In this document: positions 40,012-53,173 of the stretch, piece after piece | Layout: each line of letters opens with the position of its first letter | Numbering within the stretch: position 1 is the first letter of the stretch | Source of the DNA: Adineta vaga | Taxonomy: Eukaryota > Animalia > Rotifera | Assembly (NCBI GenBank): GCA_021613535.1 | Contig: CP075496.1 | Span: 13,950,001-14,014,000, forward strand | Length of the DNA: 64,000 bases | Direction: 5' to 3' | The notes under the pieces: generated by a model | Databases searched by the model: none | Told to the model about the DNA's origin: nothing | The model's input: the letters and a program-made list of their open reading frames with translations, nothing else | Made by a program: the position numbers and the translations under genes

Positions 40012-41325
40012 TTATTCTATTTTTTGTTTTCGTGTTTGTTGAAAGCATCTTTTTAATAAATAAATTGGGATGCTAATGGGTAGGATAATGATTAAATCGA
40101 TCAAATATCGTTGATAGAATGGTAATGTATTTTGAAATAGTGTATAACGATCTAAATTACCTTCTAAACTGATTAAAAATTCGATGTCTTCTATAGCTTG
40201 TCTAATTCCACCAGCATGTTTCATTTCAAGTGACATTATTCGAGTATATTTCATTTCTCCACATCATCATCATTTTTGATGTCACATCATTAGTTGTAAA
40301 AGTGTATTTATGATATGCAAATGGCTTTTGAAATGATTCTATGATTGATGGTGGTTGAAATAATGATTCTCCAACACCAGAATGTTCGTTTGCAATAGAA
40401 TTCAAATATTGATCCATACATGAAGGTAAACATAATAGAGGTTTTTGAAAATATAAGGATTCAACAGTGGAACCCATTCCACAATGACTAATAAAGAGAT
40501 AAACAGACGGTTGTTGTAAGATCCATTTTTATTGGAAGATTTGATGATAATTTTCATCTGTATTTTCGGTGAGTATGGTTTTGAAGTGATCGAGGTTTGT
40601 ATTTCGATTTTGCTGTTAGGAAATTTTTTAATGTGAATATTTCATAATATGATCCGAGAATTTGTGGTAATTCTTTGATTATTGTAGAATATATTGTAAA
40701 CAATTTTATAAAGATTGATGGAATCGTACGTATAGTAAAAGCAGCATTGTACAATCGATATTTAAATGTTGACAATTGTGTTTTTGATAATAAGGAAAGA
40801 TTATCTGGGAGATTCATATCGAAAATATTCGTATCTTTTTCTGCTATTTGTATGACACATGATGTATTGGCATCATTGCAGAGATTATGTATACCTTTTG
40901 TTAATTGTGTACCTATAATAACATCAAATTGTTCTTCCATGACGAGATGTACTGTTTTATTCATTGAAAGAGCTACAGTTTTACTTAAATCAGATTTAAA
41001 ATGAACGATACTATCCAGCATTGAATGATCTGTCAAATATTTAAATATTTCTATCTTTTCCCTATCATTAAACAACGTATTCCTTGAATCATTCAAATAG
41101 ATAAGACGAAGTGAGGATATATTCAGATGCGACTCTACATTTATGTAGGGTTGGGCATCAATATCAGTTACAAATGTTAAATTATGATTTTTCAGTCCTT
41201 TTGCTAATTCAAACATTGGAATTACATGGCCAGCTAGCTGCACCTACAGTCACCATTAACACATTTAAGCCGAAAGTCTGAGACATAAATGTGAAAATTA
41301 AATATACGATTATACGAGTAGTCAT
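40012..41325 (-). pseudogene. Intronless UDP-glycosyltransferase (UGT) pseudogene
   Basis: Signal peptide, LNVLMVTVG-A-AGHVIPMFELAK, KWILQQPSVYLFISHCGMGSTVESLYFQKPLLCLP..DQ..N (UGT signature), C-terminal TM with KK tail. Broken by a 4-bp AGCT duplication (41232-41239), a break/deletion near 40530-40600 and a frameshift near 40240. Confidence 0.85.
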
Positions 41326-41817
41326 TGTAAAAAAGAAACATCCAGTAAAAACAAGTATCCGAATAACAATATATGACCTGTTCTTATCACATTTTCTTTT
41401 ATTGAAAGCTTTTATCAAACAGAAAATACTTTAGATTATTTACCTTCTAGATAAAAAAAAATCTTAACAAAATAAGGATTCCAATAGAAAAGCGAAAAAA
41501 TGTAATATACAGTACTACGGCATGATAGGAATATTCTTATGAACTCTATCAATATCACTAAGTTTCCATTCTCAATTGTGCGTTCTAACAGACACCAAGT
41601 AACTTCCAGAAAAGTTCTTATAACATTTGAGGTAATTTGGACGAAAATGGAAAAGTTACAAAGATCTCAAAATTCGAAGGGTTTGTACCCTTCTCCTTGA
41701 GTAAAAATGAAATAAATATCTTCTCCTTAGTTAGACCAATGAAAGATCATTCTGCATTATTAATTAGCTCCTATTCATCTAATTTACAAAAAACGCATAC
41801 TATTCATTCTCAAACTC

Positions 41818-42727
41818 ATGAGTACTAACATAAATCTAACAACATTTTCATCTTCATTTTGTCGAGTATGTGAAGATATAGCAAAGAAAAGTGACAATCA
41901 AGTTTTAACATGTAAATCATGTAGATTATGTTTTCGAACATATGCATTATTATCATTCGTATACGATTCTATTTTGATCATCAAACAGAATTATCTATAT
42001 TTAAATGTTTTCATAGGATAAATTATCATGTGATCGAAATAAGAATTGTATTATAACACAATCAACACGTATAAGATGTTCAGCTTGTCGTTTAATGAAA
42101 TGTTTTTGCACATAATCAATCGACATTAACTTAGGAACAATGAGATATTCTATCAGCTGCTATTCATGCTTATGATAATATAAATCAACTTCTTCAAGCA
42201 AAATGACTTTTAGAAAATCAATCATCTCTACCTGATGAATTACGTTTTAAATCTTCGATCATGTTAGAAATGATTAGTTCATTTGTTCAAGGTATTCAAC
42301 CATAATGGTAGAACATTTACCCTATTTTCGATCATTATCATTACATAGTCGTGGAACAGTAATGAAATGTAAATTCTTACCTGGTGATGAAATTTTTCGA
42401 ACGACTACTATCGATCTTTACGGTTCGGATTATGGCACAATGGCTAAATTAATATGTCAACGATTAGAAGAAAATTTCATATTTGTTAAAATTCTTGTTT
42501 TAACATTAGATTTTCCAAGTAATTCTTCAATTGTTATTTATGATTCAAAAGAAGATTTAGAATCAATAATATCTTCAACAGATTATATTCATATACAAAA
42601 TACTTATGCGACTATTTAATGGGAATATATGGTTTATCATTGTGGTTTTATTGATGCTGTTCGACTTTATGATCGAATGATGAAGAATATGTTAGATATT
42701 TTAAAGAACAATGAAAAACTCATATGA
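41818..42727 (+). pseudogene. Nuclear hormone receptor (NR1-like, lineage-expanded type) pseudogene
   Basis: Zn finger 1 CRVCEDI...LTCKSCRLCFRT, intron, finger 2 CDRNKNCIITQSTRIRCSACRLMKCF then a stop. LBD-like pieces PYFRSLSLHSR, LEENFIFVKILVL, IQNTYATI*WEYMVYHCGFIDAVRLY with an in-frame TAA at 42617-42619, plus frameshifts. Confidence 0.8.
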
Positions 42728-42884
42728 AAACTTCTTAGAAGTCAATTATTTCATTTGATAGTTTGAAAAAGAAAAGTATTCAATAGAAACTATGTCTTAA
42801 ATAAAAAGTCTTTGGAGTAATATTTACGCAGTTCGAATTCAATAGAAAATATTCTTATCCAGATTGTTAACAAAACTATGTTTT

Positions 42885-43940
42885 TCAAGTCATTTTATAA
42901 CGTCGTTCCATTGTTGGTCGACTTATTCGAAACCACATAATAATCGTTATTAATTGTAAAATGAAAACAAAAAGAGTAAAGATAAGATCTTTGATTAAAT
43001 TTAATTCAATTTCTTGTGATAATTGAGAAAGAATATCTTCATAAACAGCATTTGCTTGACAATAAGCTAGAAGAAAGATTGTTAAATGAAAACTATGATG
43101 TGATTGACCGAATACATCGAATCCACCGGGATAAAATCGTTCTGGAATTCTTCCAATAAATATCAAACCACTTAAAATAAACGAAAGAAATTGTAATAAA
43201 TGCCAAAATAATGCTTTCTCTTCATGATCATTCAGAACTTTCTTAGAATCTAATAAAACAAATGTTGAATAAAGTATTTTCAATATTGGCCAAAGTTGAT
43301 AAACATAAACAAGCAAAACACCTGAACATTGTAAACATTTATGTGAGAAAGGATATGGACGACGATAAAATGTTTTACAAAAACATGCAATTGACAAGGA
43401 ATATAAAGTAATGATACTTAATTGAATATAATACCATGTTTCATTTGATGTCTAAATGAATAATATTAATCGAAATTTTCAATGGAAAGAAAAACGCAAA
43501 AATCTTACTTGATTATCTTTATATGAAAATTTGTAAAGGATAAGTCCGGATGTAAAACCATAGAAATTAATTCCGAAATAATCTAAATAAAATGAACGTA
43601 AATGATCAGCTAATGTTCTTGAATGAAGTAGATGTGCTTGAGCAGAACATAAAAGCATCGTACAAGCACCGAAACAATTGTAAAGAATATAAATACAAAG
43701 TATCATTGAATTTGTATGAATGATTAACTGAGATAATTGTTGAAAAATTTGTCCAAGTAAAATCAATGTACCAAGTAAATGAATCCAAACAGAAAATGTT
43801 TCATTATGTAAAGAAAATAATGATCGATAATAATAAGAATAAGGTTGATTAGGAAGACGAAAACCAGAATGAATATATGGTTCAACATAAATATCTAAGA
43901 CATCGTCAGCACGTAATAACATTATTCTATTATTTGACAT
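42885..43940 (-). CDS. PAQR family (membrane progestin receptor-like) 7TM protein, 2 exons
   Basis: EPYIHSGFR, LFSLHNETFSVWIH, SAQAHLLHS, LDYFGI, IPERFYPGGFDVFGQSHHSFH motifs; 57-nt GT-AG intron at 43452-43508. Confidence 0.92.
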
Positions 43941-45922
43941 TTATTTTTTCCTCTCGTTCTATTGTGTCGATAGAAAATGACTTCATTAAAAGACATAACG
44001 AAAAACGAGACAAGAAGTGCTTGCTCAAGATAGACGAAACTATATTTGAATAAGTTTGTGTATATGCTTATTTGTTAGACGTCAATAATAATAATAATAA
44101 TACGAACATATTCAAATATCCGTTGTTGTTGTTGATCGATTTGATCGTGATGATAGATAAAAAAAAATAGAAGATTGTAGGAGAAATTTTAATGATTATT
44201 TCCTATGAAGAATGAAGGGAAAAAGAAATTCTAATTTGTTTCAAATAATCAAAATAGGGGAAGTTGAGAAATAAGATTTTTCTTTCTAATCGAATTAGTC
44301 ATCGTTTCATGTCGAATAATACCGGATGGTTTTAATGCGGATATTCAAATTAGATTTTAACATTGTTAGGAAAACATATAGAAAAAGGATGAGATAATTT
44401 AAATCAAGGATCAAACAATTATTTCTGTTTTTGATTAAGACTCTTCTCTCTCTCTCTCTGACCACGATGATTCTAAACGGAGGAAGACTCGATTTACAAA
44501 CTGATCACTTCACATGAGAAGGGAGAAAAAAGAAGGACTAAACATTAACTCGCACAAGCACTTGAACACATAAAAAAAACTACCAATAGAAATAGTGTTT
44601 CGAGAACAGCCGAATCCAGAGGATTTCTTTACTTTCTTGTAAATAGTTTACCAATAACTTATTGAATTGGTTCAAATCAAGAAAATATTTCTTCCATTCT
44701 ATGACATATTAGTTGATCAATAATATACAATGAATAATTCATGATTCGATTCGAATCTTATCTGATTAATTTGACATTTAAAAGAAGAAAAGCAGAAATG
44801 TATTGGTTTTCTTAATCAATAAATATTAAATAGGAACATATCTGTTTTTTGTTTTATTTTGATGTTTATCAATGATATATTGAATAATCTTGATCGACAA
44901 GATTATGAATAACAAACGAGAAAATATTTGAATAGCAAAAAAAAGTTTGTAGTATAACAAAATAAACTTTTTCTTATTTACGACGTCTGTCAATAAAGAT
45001 GACATGTCAATTTATACAAATATTTACGCTTTATTTCATCTCTTATTCCAATGACAGTTGAGTTCATCTGAATATATTTTCCTTTTGTACAAGACGAAGT
45101 AAATCATAATTTTCTCAGGACAATTGTTTTTATTTCTTATTTATTCTTATAAGATCACAGTATGTTGATGTTTATTAAATTCTCTTCTAACGAGAAACTT
45201 ATCACAATGAATATATTTTCAAACGAGACAAGAGTTTATAACTACAAACAAATTACAAGGGGTGTGACTTGTATCGAGATACTTTACCTACGCTCAATCT
45301 CTTCTATTCCTTTTCTATCTCCTAATATTTCCTGTAAGTCTCACACCCACCTTTCTATATTCTATTCTGTCAATAGACTAGAACTGTTGAATGTCATTTT
45401 TAATATGTCCTTCAGAATTGATTTGTGTCGCGACATAGGTAGAACAGTTTAAGTAAAGAATTACGTCAATAATTTGATTTCAATAAATTTTGACGCTTAA
45501 AATCAAGGTTAGATATAGACGTTGTTGATTCTGTAAAGCGGATATGTAAATAGAATTTTTCTAGATCAAGTTAAAGATACTAACCATTCCGAAAAAGGAA
45601 ATAATTTGATCTAAAAATATATAAACGATTTTTCTTAGCAATTAATTTTCTCATTCTCTTTTCAAAGGAATGTCATTCGTTCGTTTAGACAAGGTTACTT
45701 TTTTTTTTTTTGTATTCTTATAATATCGACATCAAACATTTATTTTCTTATTCAATTCATTTGGAAAAATTTTTATTATCGAACCACAATTACGCAGTTC
45801 TTTTATCATTAAAGATAATGAGATTTCTTCAAGAAAGAGATCTTATCCTTGAACTGAAAATCTCTTCTCGTACCTTTTCTTAATTAAAACCAAGACATTT
45901 TTCTTCTTCAGAATCTCTAATC

Positions 45923-46990
45923 ATGCATCAAATCGATACAATATCTAATCTCTTAATGATTATCGCCGGAATTCTTATGTATTTCTTTGGTTCAATTGGA
46001 AATATTCTCAATATTTGGGTATTTTTCATTTGGTCACGTTCACCTCGAAAATCGCATAATCATTGTCGACATAGTCAAACAAGTAATAGTTCATTATATT
46101 TACTTGCTTCATCAATTGCTAATCTATTTGTTATTCTTTATCCATTATTAACACGTATTATGTTCGATGGTTATCATTATCGTGTTACAACAAATAATGT
46201 TATGATACTTTGTAAATTACGTTTCTATGTTTTACATACATTTGATTTAATTTCTTTAACATGTATTTGTATGGCAACATTTGATCGATATTTAGTTTCA
46301 TCAAGAAAAGTTCGTTTAAGAAAATTAAGTACACGAAGACAACAAACAAAATTAATTATTTTATTTATATTTCTTTTCATTGCTTTACATAGTATACCCA
46401 TACTTATCTTTTTTGATGTTTCATCAAATGGACAATGTACAATTCTTTCAACAAATTATTTATATTATTATCTCTATACAATACAAATTGTTCTTCATGG
46501 AATTTTTCCAATTATATTTCTTTCAATTTTTGGTTTATTAACATTTAAACAATTGAAAAAAATTCAAACAAGACATCATCATAATAATCATCGACGTACA
46601 CAAGGAGGAATCAGTAGTGATAAACAATTATCACGTATGCTTTTATTAATGTCTATGGCAATAATATTATCATCAATTCCATATTGTATTGAACAATGTC
46701 TTCATGTATTGTTTATTCAAGATAATCGATTAAAATCTTCATATTTTTTTCTTTTTCATGTTATTTCTCATATCTTATATTATACAAATCCAGTTACAAG
46801 TTTTTATATTTATTATATTTCAACACCAAATTTTCGTATTCAAATAAAACGTATTATTTTTTGTAGAAATCAAGTTCATTATGTTCTTTATTATCAAGTT
46901 ACACGTGTTTCTTCATCACAAAGTACATCTGTTAATATTTATAGTAAAACATCTCTTAGTGAACATCATTCCAAATTTAATACATCATAA
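45923..46990 (+). CDS. Class A (rhodopsin-like) GPCR, intronless, copy 1
   Basis: GSIGNILN (TM1), LCKLRFY, TFDRY, PY in TM6, YTNP..FYIY in TM7; seven hydrophobic segments. Confidence 0.9.
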   Translation: MHQIDTISNLLMIIAGILMYFFGSIGNILNIWVFFIWSRSPRKSHNHCRHSQTSNSSLYLLASSIANLFVILYPLLTRIMFDGYHYRVTTNNVMILCKLRFYVLHTFDLISLTCICMATFDRYLVSSRKVRLRKLSTRRQQTKLIILFIFLFIALHSIPILIFFDVSSNGQCTILSTNYLYYYLYTIQIVLHGIFPIIFLSIFGLLTFKQLKKIQTRHHHNNHRRTQGGISSDKQLSRMLLLMSMAIILSSIPYCIEQCLHVLFIQDNRLKSSYFFLFHVISHILYYTNPVTSFYIYYISTPNFRIQIKRIIFCRNQVHYVLYYQVTRVSSSQSTSVNIYSKTSLSEHHSKFNTS

Positions 46991-48020
46991 ATCATCAATA
47001 TTTTAGGCTCAAATCAAAATCGTCAACATCTATTTGAATTACTAAATGACGATTTTTCTTTTCTTATTTATTGTACAATAATCGATGAATTCCATAAAAT
47101 GATTTTTATGTTTCAAATAAATATTATTAATAAATGAATAGTTTCTATGTCATTTCTCATAAATTCTGTCTAAGTACATACGCAAAGAACATATGAAGAT
47201 TATGAGGTATTTTAAGTATCAAGGGGATGTGTAAAGATCTTCAAGGAATTCAAGAAACTAGAGTTGACTAGTTGTCTGGTAAACAATTCTTATGGATATA
47301 GAATGATTAAATATCTTTTCATTTAATCAAATATGATGATTTTCATGGCAATTTGGAAATACGATGAACGATTGTAGGAATGAATCGTATTATTTTACAA
47401 TTTTATAAATAGATGAATCTTGAAATTTATTCTTATCAGATTTCACTAATCTAAAAAGAGACTTTCATTAGACATATATGACAGAATTCATTATTAATGA
47501 AATTTTCCAAAAATACGAGTACCTATATAATCGTCTGTTTTCTATTAAAGCTAAAAGAGAATCGTACATTCAACCGATAAATAATGCGTATTATCAAAGG
47601 TAGCAAACTATTTCTAGTACTGTTCAAATAGATTATCATGTTGTCGTATATCTTCTGTAAATATGAAAACCGTCTCTGCATAGAACTAATCTTTTATAAT
47701 CAATTTAAAATGTTTTTGTATATTTCATCTTATTTAACAATTTTTAATTAAAATAGATAATCTTTGTCATGCAAAGTATTGTACCTACGAAGATATCTTA
47801 ACAATAGTTTTCTTTCGTTTTTATATGTACATATGAAATTAGATTTTACTGAAACTTGTTTTTTTTGTCTATAATTGGATCGTCTTTTTAGAGTATGAAA
47901 GAAATGTAATGAAGAAAATTATCTTTCTTCTTTTTCTCTGTCATATAATTAAAATCAAGTACTTTGAAAAGTTTATTATCATTAATTCTTTTCTACAAGT
48001 ATTCAATTGACTATTTCAAT

Positions 48021-49013
48021 ATGGTGAACTCTACAATGAATAACATTGAATTTGTATCTCGTCAATTAATGATTATTCTTGGCATTACAATGTTCATCTT
48101 TGGTTTCATCGGAAATATTCTCAATATTCGTGTTTTTACTCTTTGGTCTCGTTCACGAAGAACAACCAACAATGCCAATGTCAACAATCGAACAAATAAT
48201 GCTTCTCTGTATTTACTAACATCATCTATTTCAAATCTGATCATCATTGGATATTTATTACCAACTCGAATATTATCTGATGGTTATCAATATCGAGTTA
48301 CACAAAATACCGTATTGGTTTTGTGTAAACTTCGATATTATTCATTACATACATTCAATATGATTTCGTTGACATGTGTTTGTATAGCAACATTGGATCG
48401 ATACTTGATTTCATCACGAGATGTTCGCCTTCGAAATCTGAGTACAACAAGAAAAGGAACTAAATTTATTATTTGTATGATTCTGTTAACATTTGGATTA
48501 CATAACATTCCAATCGGTCTTTATTTTGATGTTTCACATGATGGAAAATGTGTGATTTATTCTGATGTGTATTTGTGTTATTATCGTTATACAGTTCAAA
48601 TTATTCTTCATGGAATTTTACCCATCATTTTCTTTTCTTTCTTTGCTTTTCTCATCTATCGACAATTAAAATCAATGAAAAGTCGAGATAATGAACAACG
48701 ATTTGTTATTGTTGATAAACAATTATCTCAGATGCTTTTGTTAGTGTCAATCACTATGATTGTGTCTTCAATTTCATATTCCATTGAAAGTATTTATGAT
48801 TTGATGATTGGTATTCATAGAGAAGAAGAATCAAATTATGTATTTTTATATCATATAGTATCTTCACTCTTATTTTATGGAAATTCAACTTGTAGTTTTT
48901 ATATATATTATATTTCAACACCGAATTTTCGTCATCAAGTACGAAAGATAATTTGTTACAAAAGAAATTCTGCTCAACATCGAAAGAATCAAGTGAATAC
49001 AATAACAATGTGA
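48021..49013 (+). CDS. Class A GPCR, intronless, copy 2
   Basis: GFIGNILN, LCKLRYY, TLDRY, FYIYYISTPNFR. First ATG at 48021 (MVNSTM, an N-glycosylation sequon); paralogous to copy 1. Confidence 0.9.
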   Translation: MVNSTMNNIEFVSRQLMIILGITMFIFGFIGNILNIRVFTLWSRSRRTTNNANVNNRTNNASLYLLTSSISNLIIIGYLLPTRILSDGYQYRVTQNTVLVLCKLRYYSLHTFNMISLTCVCIATLDRYLISSRDVRLRNLSTTRKGTKFIICMILLTFGLHNIPIGLYFDVSHDGKCVIYSDVYLCYYRYTVQIILHGILPIIFFSFFAFLIYRQLKSMKSRDNEQRFVIVDKQLSQMLLLVSITMIVSSISYSIESIYDLMIGIHREEESNYVFLYHIVSSLLFYGNSTCSFYIYYISTPNFRHQVRKIICYKRNSAQHRKNQVNTITM

Positions 49014-49274
49014 ATTTCGTTTTGTCATTGAGTAAAAAAGAAGCATTGCTGTTTATTCATCAAGAGCAAACATTTTTTGAATTCCTCTCTCATAAATTTG
49101 GCCGACAATCGTCACTACGAACAATTAAATATTATTTGAATAACTCTTCATTGAATAATAATTGTCAAATAAAACATCTTATCTTTATTTAAAACAAAAA
49201 CATATTATCTTCAATAGAACAAAAAAGATAATTGTTATGTTTATTTTCTTTTCTTTTTTTTTTCTCGATAAACT

Positions 49275-50591
49275 ATGTCACAATTGTGTGTTATTTCAAT
49301 GTGTAAATTCAAATCATCAACGATATGTTCTTGTTGTAATAAAAATCTTTGTATCGATCATTTAAAAGAACATGATGAATTAATTCGAATTCGATTAGAA
49401 TGTTTAAATAATGAAATGAAGAATTTAATTGAAGAAATTCAAACCATCAATATGGAAAAGTTAATTGAAATCAATCGTGAAAAACTTTATCAATGGAAAG
49501 AAAATTGTTATGAAATCATTGAGAATTATTATGAAGAAAAATGTAATGAACTTCAACGATTTTGTTATGAAAAATTCGAACAACAACGAAAAGAACTTGA
49601 TCAATTACAAATTAGAATAGATAATTTTAATTTAAATGAAAATATTTCTGAAAAAGATCTTCAATCTTTAAAAATATCTCTTCATGATTTTCAACAAGAT
49701 ATAAATCAATTAAAACAAAAAGGTATTCAAATAACAATTCAACCATTTCTTTTAAATAATCAATCAATTTCAATTCTAAATTCTAAACCAGATGCATTTA
49801 ATATTAATCAATCAATTCTTTCATCACCCTATCGTACAATTGAATGTGTTAATGGTTGGCAATCTGAACTTGCAAGTAACGATCGATTAATTCTCTTTAG
49901 TCTTGCTGATAATTTATGTTTATTCGATCGAGATTTAACATTAATTAAACAATCATCATGGCCATTTGAATGTATCTATGATATGTGTTGGTCATCAACA
50001 TTATCAAATTTTATTATTCTTACTGAAAAGAAGAAAATCTATCGAATAAATGAACTTAATTTATCAATTGAACGTATTTATGGTATTGAAGAAAAAGATT
50101 GGTTATCTTGTACATGTTCAGAAACATATTTATATTTAACAACACGTGATATTGGTACAGATATATTTCAATATAAACTTTTACCATTAATTCGTCCAGT
50201 TAAACAATGGCAACCACCATATTCTTGTAAACCACATGAATCAATTCATACAATTCAATATAATAATCAAACACTTGCATTGATTATTCGAGAACCATTA
50301 GGTGGAGTTATTGATATTGAACTTCGTTCAGCAGTAACATTCAATCGACTTTGGTCACTTCCATTAGATATTCGAAGTTCAGGACTTTGGTCAAGAATTA
50401 ATTGTTGTTCTTTACAATATAACGAATGGTTAGTTGTTGATACAACTACTTCACGTCTTTTTCATATCAATCAAGATGGAAAATTGAAAAATATTCATGA
50501 ATATCATTCGAAATTGAACAATGCAATCATGTTTCGTTCGAATATATTAGTTATTCATTTAGGATCAAAAGTTAATTTTCATCAATTATAA
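49275..50591 (+). CDS. B-box-like Zn finger, coiled coil and beta-propeller-like protein (TRIM/NHL-like architecture), intronless
   Basis: N-terminal CxxxxC...CSCCNKNLCIDHLKEH, coiled coil with W (KLYQWKENC), C-terminal beta-rich repeats (IYDMCWS, WLSCTCS, EWLVVD). Confidence 0.7.
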   Translation: MSQLCVISMCKFKSSTICSCCNKNLCIDHLKEHDELIRIRLECLNNEMKNLIEEIQTINMEKLIEINREKLYQWKENCYEIIENYYEEKCNELQRFCYEKFEQQRKELDQLQIRIDNFNLNENISEKDLQSLKISLHDFQQDINQLKQKGIQITIQPFLLNNQSISILNSKPDAFNINQSILSSPYRTIECVNGWQSELASNDRLILFSLADNLCLFDRDLTLIKQSSWPFECIYDMCWSSTLSNFIILTEKKKIYRINELNLSIERIYGIEEKDWLSCTCSETYLYLTTRDIGTDIFQYKLLPLIRPVKQWQPPYSCKPHESIHTIQYNNQTLALIIREPLGGVIDIELRSAVTFNRLWSLPLDIRSSGLWSRINCCSLQYNEWLVVDTTTSRLFHINQDGKLKNIHEYHSKLNNAIMFRSNILVIHLGSKVNFHQL

Positions 50592-52171
50592 ATAACAATA
50601 AAAAATCTTCTTTCTCTTCTCTTGAGTTCATTTACAATCAATAAATATACCAAAGTTTTTTAGTATTTTATTGAGGGCGGAGGTGGGCGTTCAGAATTTC
50701 TCCACTTAAACCGATGTCAAAAACATCCAGAACGCAATGAATAATTCTATGAGTGGGAAAAAACAGATAAACAAATGTCGAACTTATTTGTGCAACGTGT
50801 TACTTGCGGTGATATCTCTATTTTATATAATATAAACATTGATTTTTCTCTTCTGTTATCATTAAACACACTCGAAAACGAATGAAATCAAGGAGAAACG
50901 GAAATAAACTTCAAATAGCTCGTGAGCAATAGAAATATGATGGTTATAAAAGAAGAAAAAAAGAAAGAAGCTGATAAAATTGATTGAAGATTGTCAACAT
51001 TCTCATAAATTATTTATCTGATCTGTGTGAGAGTACATGTGATCTTTAATGAAGAAATGTCAATGCTATTGATATTCTCGACAGTTTCCGTCGGAATTTG
51101 ATTATGATGAAGAAGAAAATTTTCTACAAGGACTTTTATGCGCATTTGTTTTCTTTTTCTTCTTCTATTGTATCGTTTATTTCTCTTTCTTAGTCTTTCG
51201 TATAAACAGGAGGGAAAAAAATGATTTTTTTTTATGAATATGAAATTATTAACAACACTATTCCACCGATATTTCTATTTATTTTATCTTCCGATCAAAA
51301 GTACATGTCTTCATCATTTGTTTTTGTTCTTTATTCTATGAGGAATATCAAACAAGTAACAAGAAAAAACTAATCAGGTATGAAAAGATCATTTATAGTC
51401 GATGAAAACAAATTCGAGTTGTTTCTTTGAACTTTTAACAAGGAAAATATTGACTTAATTTCGTGAATAATAAATGTATTTTAAATAAAGGCACCATTTG
51501 TGATTCTATTCTTTTTTTTGTCTCAGTTCAAATTATTTATACAAGAGTTTTTTCCTGTGTGTTTAGAAAAGAAGTTTCGAAATTTTCTTGGAATGTATTT
51601 ATGAAAATGATCGTATAATAGATAAGTTTAGTTCATTTTTTCATGGTAATGTATGATTTGTACTTTATAATTCGAGTAAGATTTTGCCCTTTTCACTTCA
51701 CAGCTTGAAATCAATTGGTATAAAAGATACGAAGAATATTAATATTTTCTAATGAATATACATACTGTGATTATAAATAGTCTTCTTACAAAGAATAATA
51801 ACACGTGTATGCGTTTTTCTCAGGGGTTTGTGAGCTATGGTTGGTGATAGAAACCAGAAATTTCCTAATTCAACTTGTTTTTTAATATTTCATAGAGAAA
51901 TTTGTTGATCCTTTTTTTTTATCGTCAATGAAAAGATCCAGAAGACTTTCTAGAAGTTTATCTGATCCTTGACTTCATATTTTTCTTTTATTTCCATAAG
52001 AATTAATATGAATAAAGAATCCTTCTATCATATTCAATTAAAATAAGTAGAAAAAAAGGAAAAAGAAAAACTTATTAACGTCATCATTAATGTTTCTTCT
52101 ATTCATTTTCTAAGAATATTCCAGATACCTCGTTTTCTACTCTTATAAATAAATGTAATCTTTTCTGTAAA

Positions 52172-53173
52172 ATGCATTCTACTCAACCAATTGATCAATT
52201 CAATATGATAGCACAAAGAATTATGATTATAGTTGGAATTCTAATGTGTATTCTTGGTACTATTGGAAATCTTTTAAATATTTGTATATTTATAATCTGG
52301 TGTCGTTCTCGAAAGTCTACAAATAAATGTTCTCATTTAAATCGATCAATGAATAGTTTATTATACTTACTTGTTTCATCATTTGCTAATTTAATCATTA
52401 TTATTTATCCATTTTCAACTCGAATTTTGTTTGATGGTTATCAATATGAAATAAGTGAAGCGAATGTTTTCTTCTTATGTAAATTTCGTTATTATATTTT
52501 ACATACATTTTATCTTATATCATTAACATCAATTTGTTTAGCAACATTTGATCGATATTTAATCACATCACGTGATGTTCATTTAAGAGAATTAAGTACA
52601 ACAAAATATCGAACAATTCTAATCATTTTATTCATTTGTTTACTTATTGGTTTACATAATATACCTCTTCTTAAATATTTTAATGTTTCCTCCGACGGAC
52701 AATGTCAAATATCTTCTTCAATTTATATTTATTATTATTTATATATATTTCGAATATCTTTACAAGGTTTATTACCAATATTATTTCTTTCAATATTTGG
52801 AATTTTAACATTTAAGCAATTGAAACTATTAGAACAACATCAATCGAATAAACATTTAAATAGTGATCGACAATTAGCTCGAATGTTATTATTAATTTCT
52901 ATAACAATTATTATTGCATCAATTCCGAATTGTGTTGAACAAATCTATGATTTAATATTTTCAAATGATAATCATCGACATTCATCACGATTCTTTCTCT
53001 ATCATGTTATATCATCCATATTATTCTATACAAATCCAGTAGCGAGTTTTTATATATTTTATATATCAACACCGAATTTTCGTCATCAACTTCGACATTT
53101 ATTTCCAAAGAAACGAACAGATGATTATTTTGTTCAACATCAAATTCATTCTAGAGCTGAACCTTCAAATTAA
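52172..53173 (+). CDS. Class A GPCR, intronless, copy 3
   Basis: GTIGNLLN, LCKFRYY, TFDRY, YTNP..FYIFYISTPNFR. Confidence 0.9.
   Translation: MHSTQPIDQFNMIAQRIMIIVGILMCILGTIGNLLNICIFIIWCRSRKSTNKCSHLNRSMNSLLYLLVSSFANLIIIIYPFSTRILFDGYQYEISEANVFFLCKFRYYILHTFYLISLTSICLATFDRYLITSRDVHLRELSTTKYRTILIILFICLLIGLHNIPLLKYFNVSSDGQCQISSSIYIYYYLYIFRISLQGLLPILFLSIFGILTFKQLKLLEQHQSNKHLNSDRQLARMLLLISITIIIASIPNCVEQIYDLIFSNDNHRHSSRFFLYHVISSILFYTNPVASFYIFYISTPNFRHQLRHLFPKKRTDDYFVQHQIHSRAEPSN

Noticed and set aside
41330-41810. GATA sites in the UGT/NR intergenic region
   Set aside because: WGATAA is expected often by chance at this AT content.
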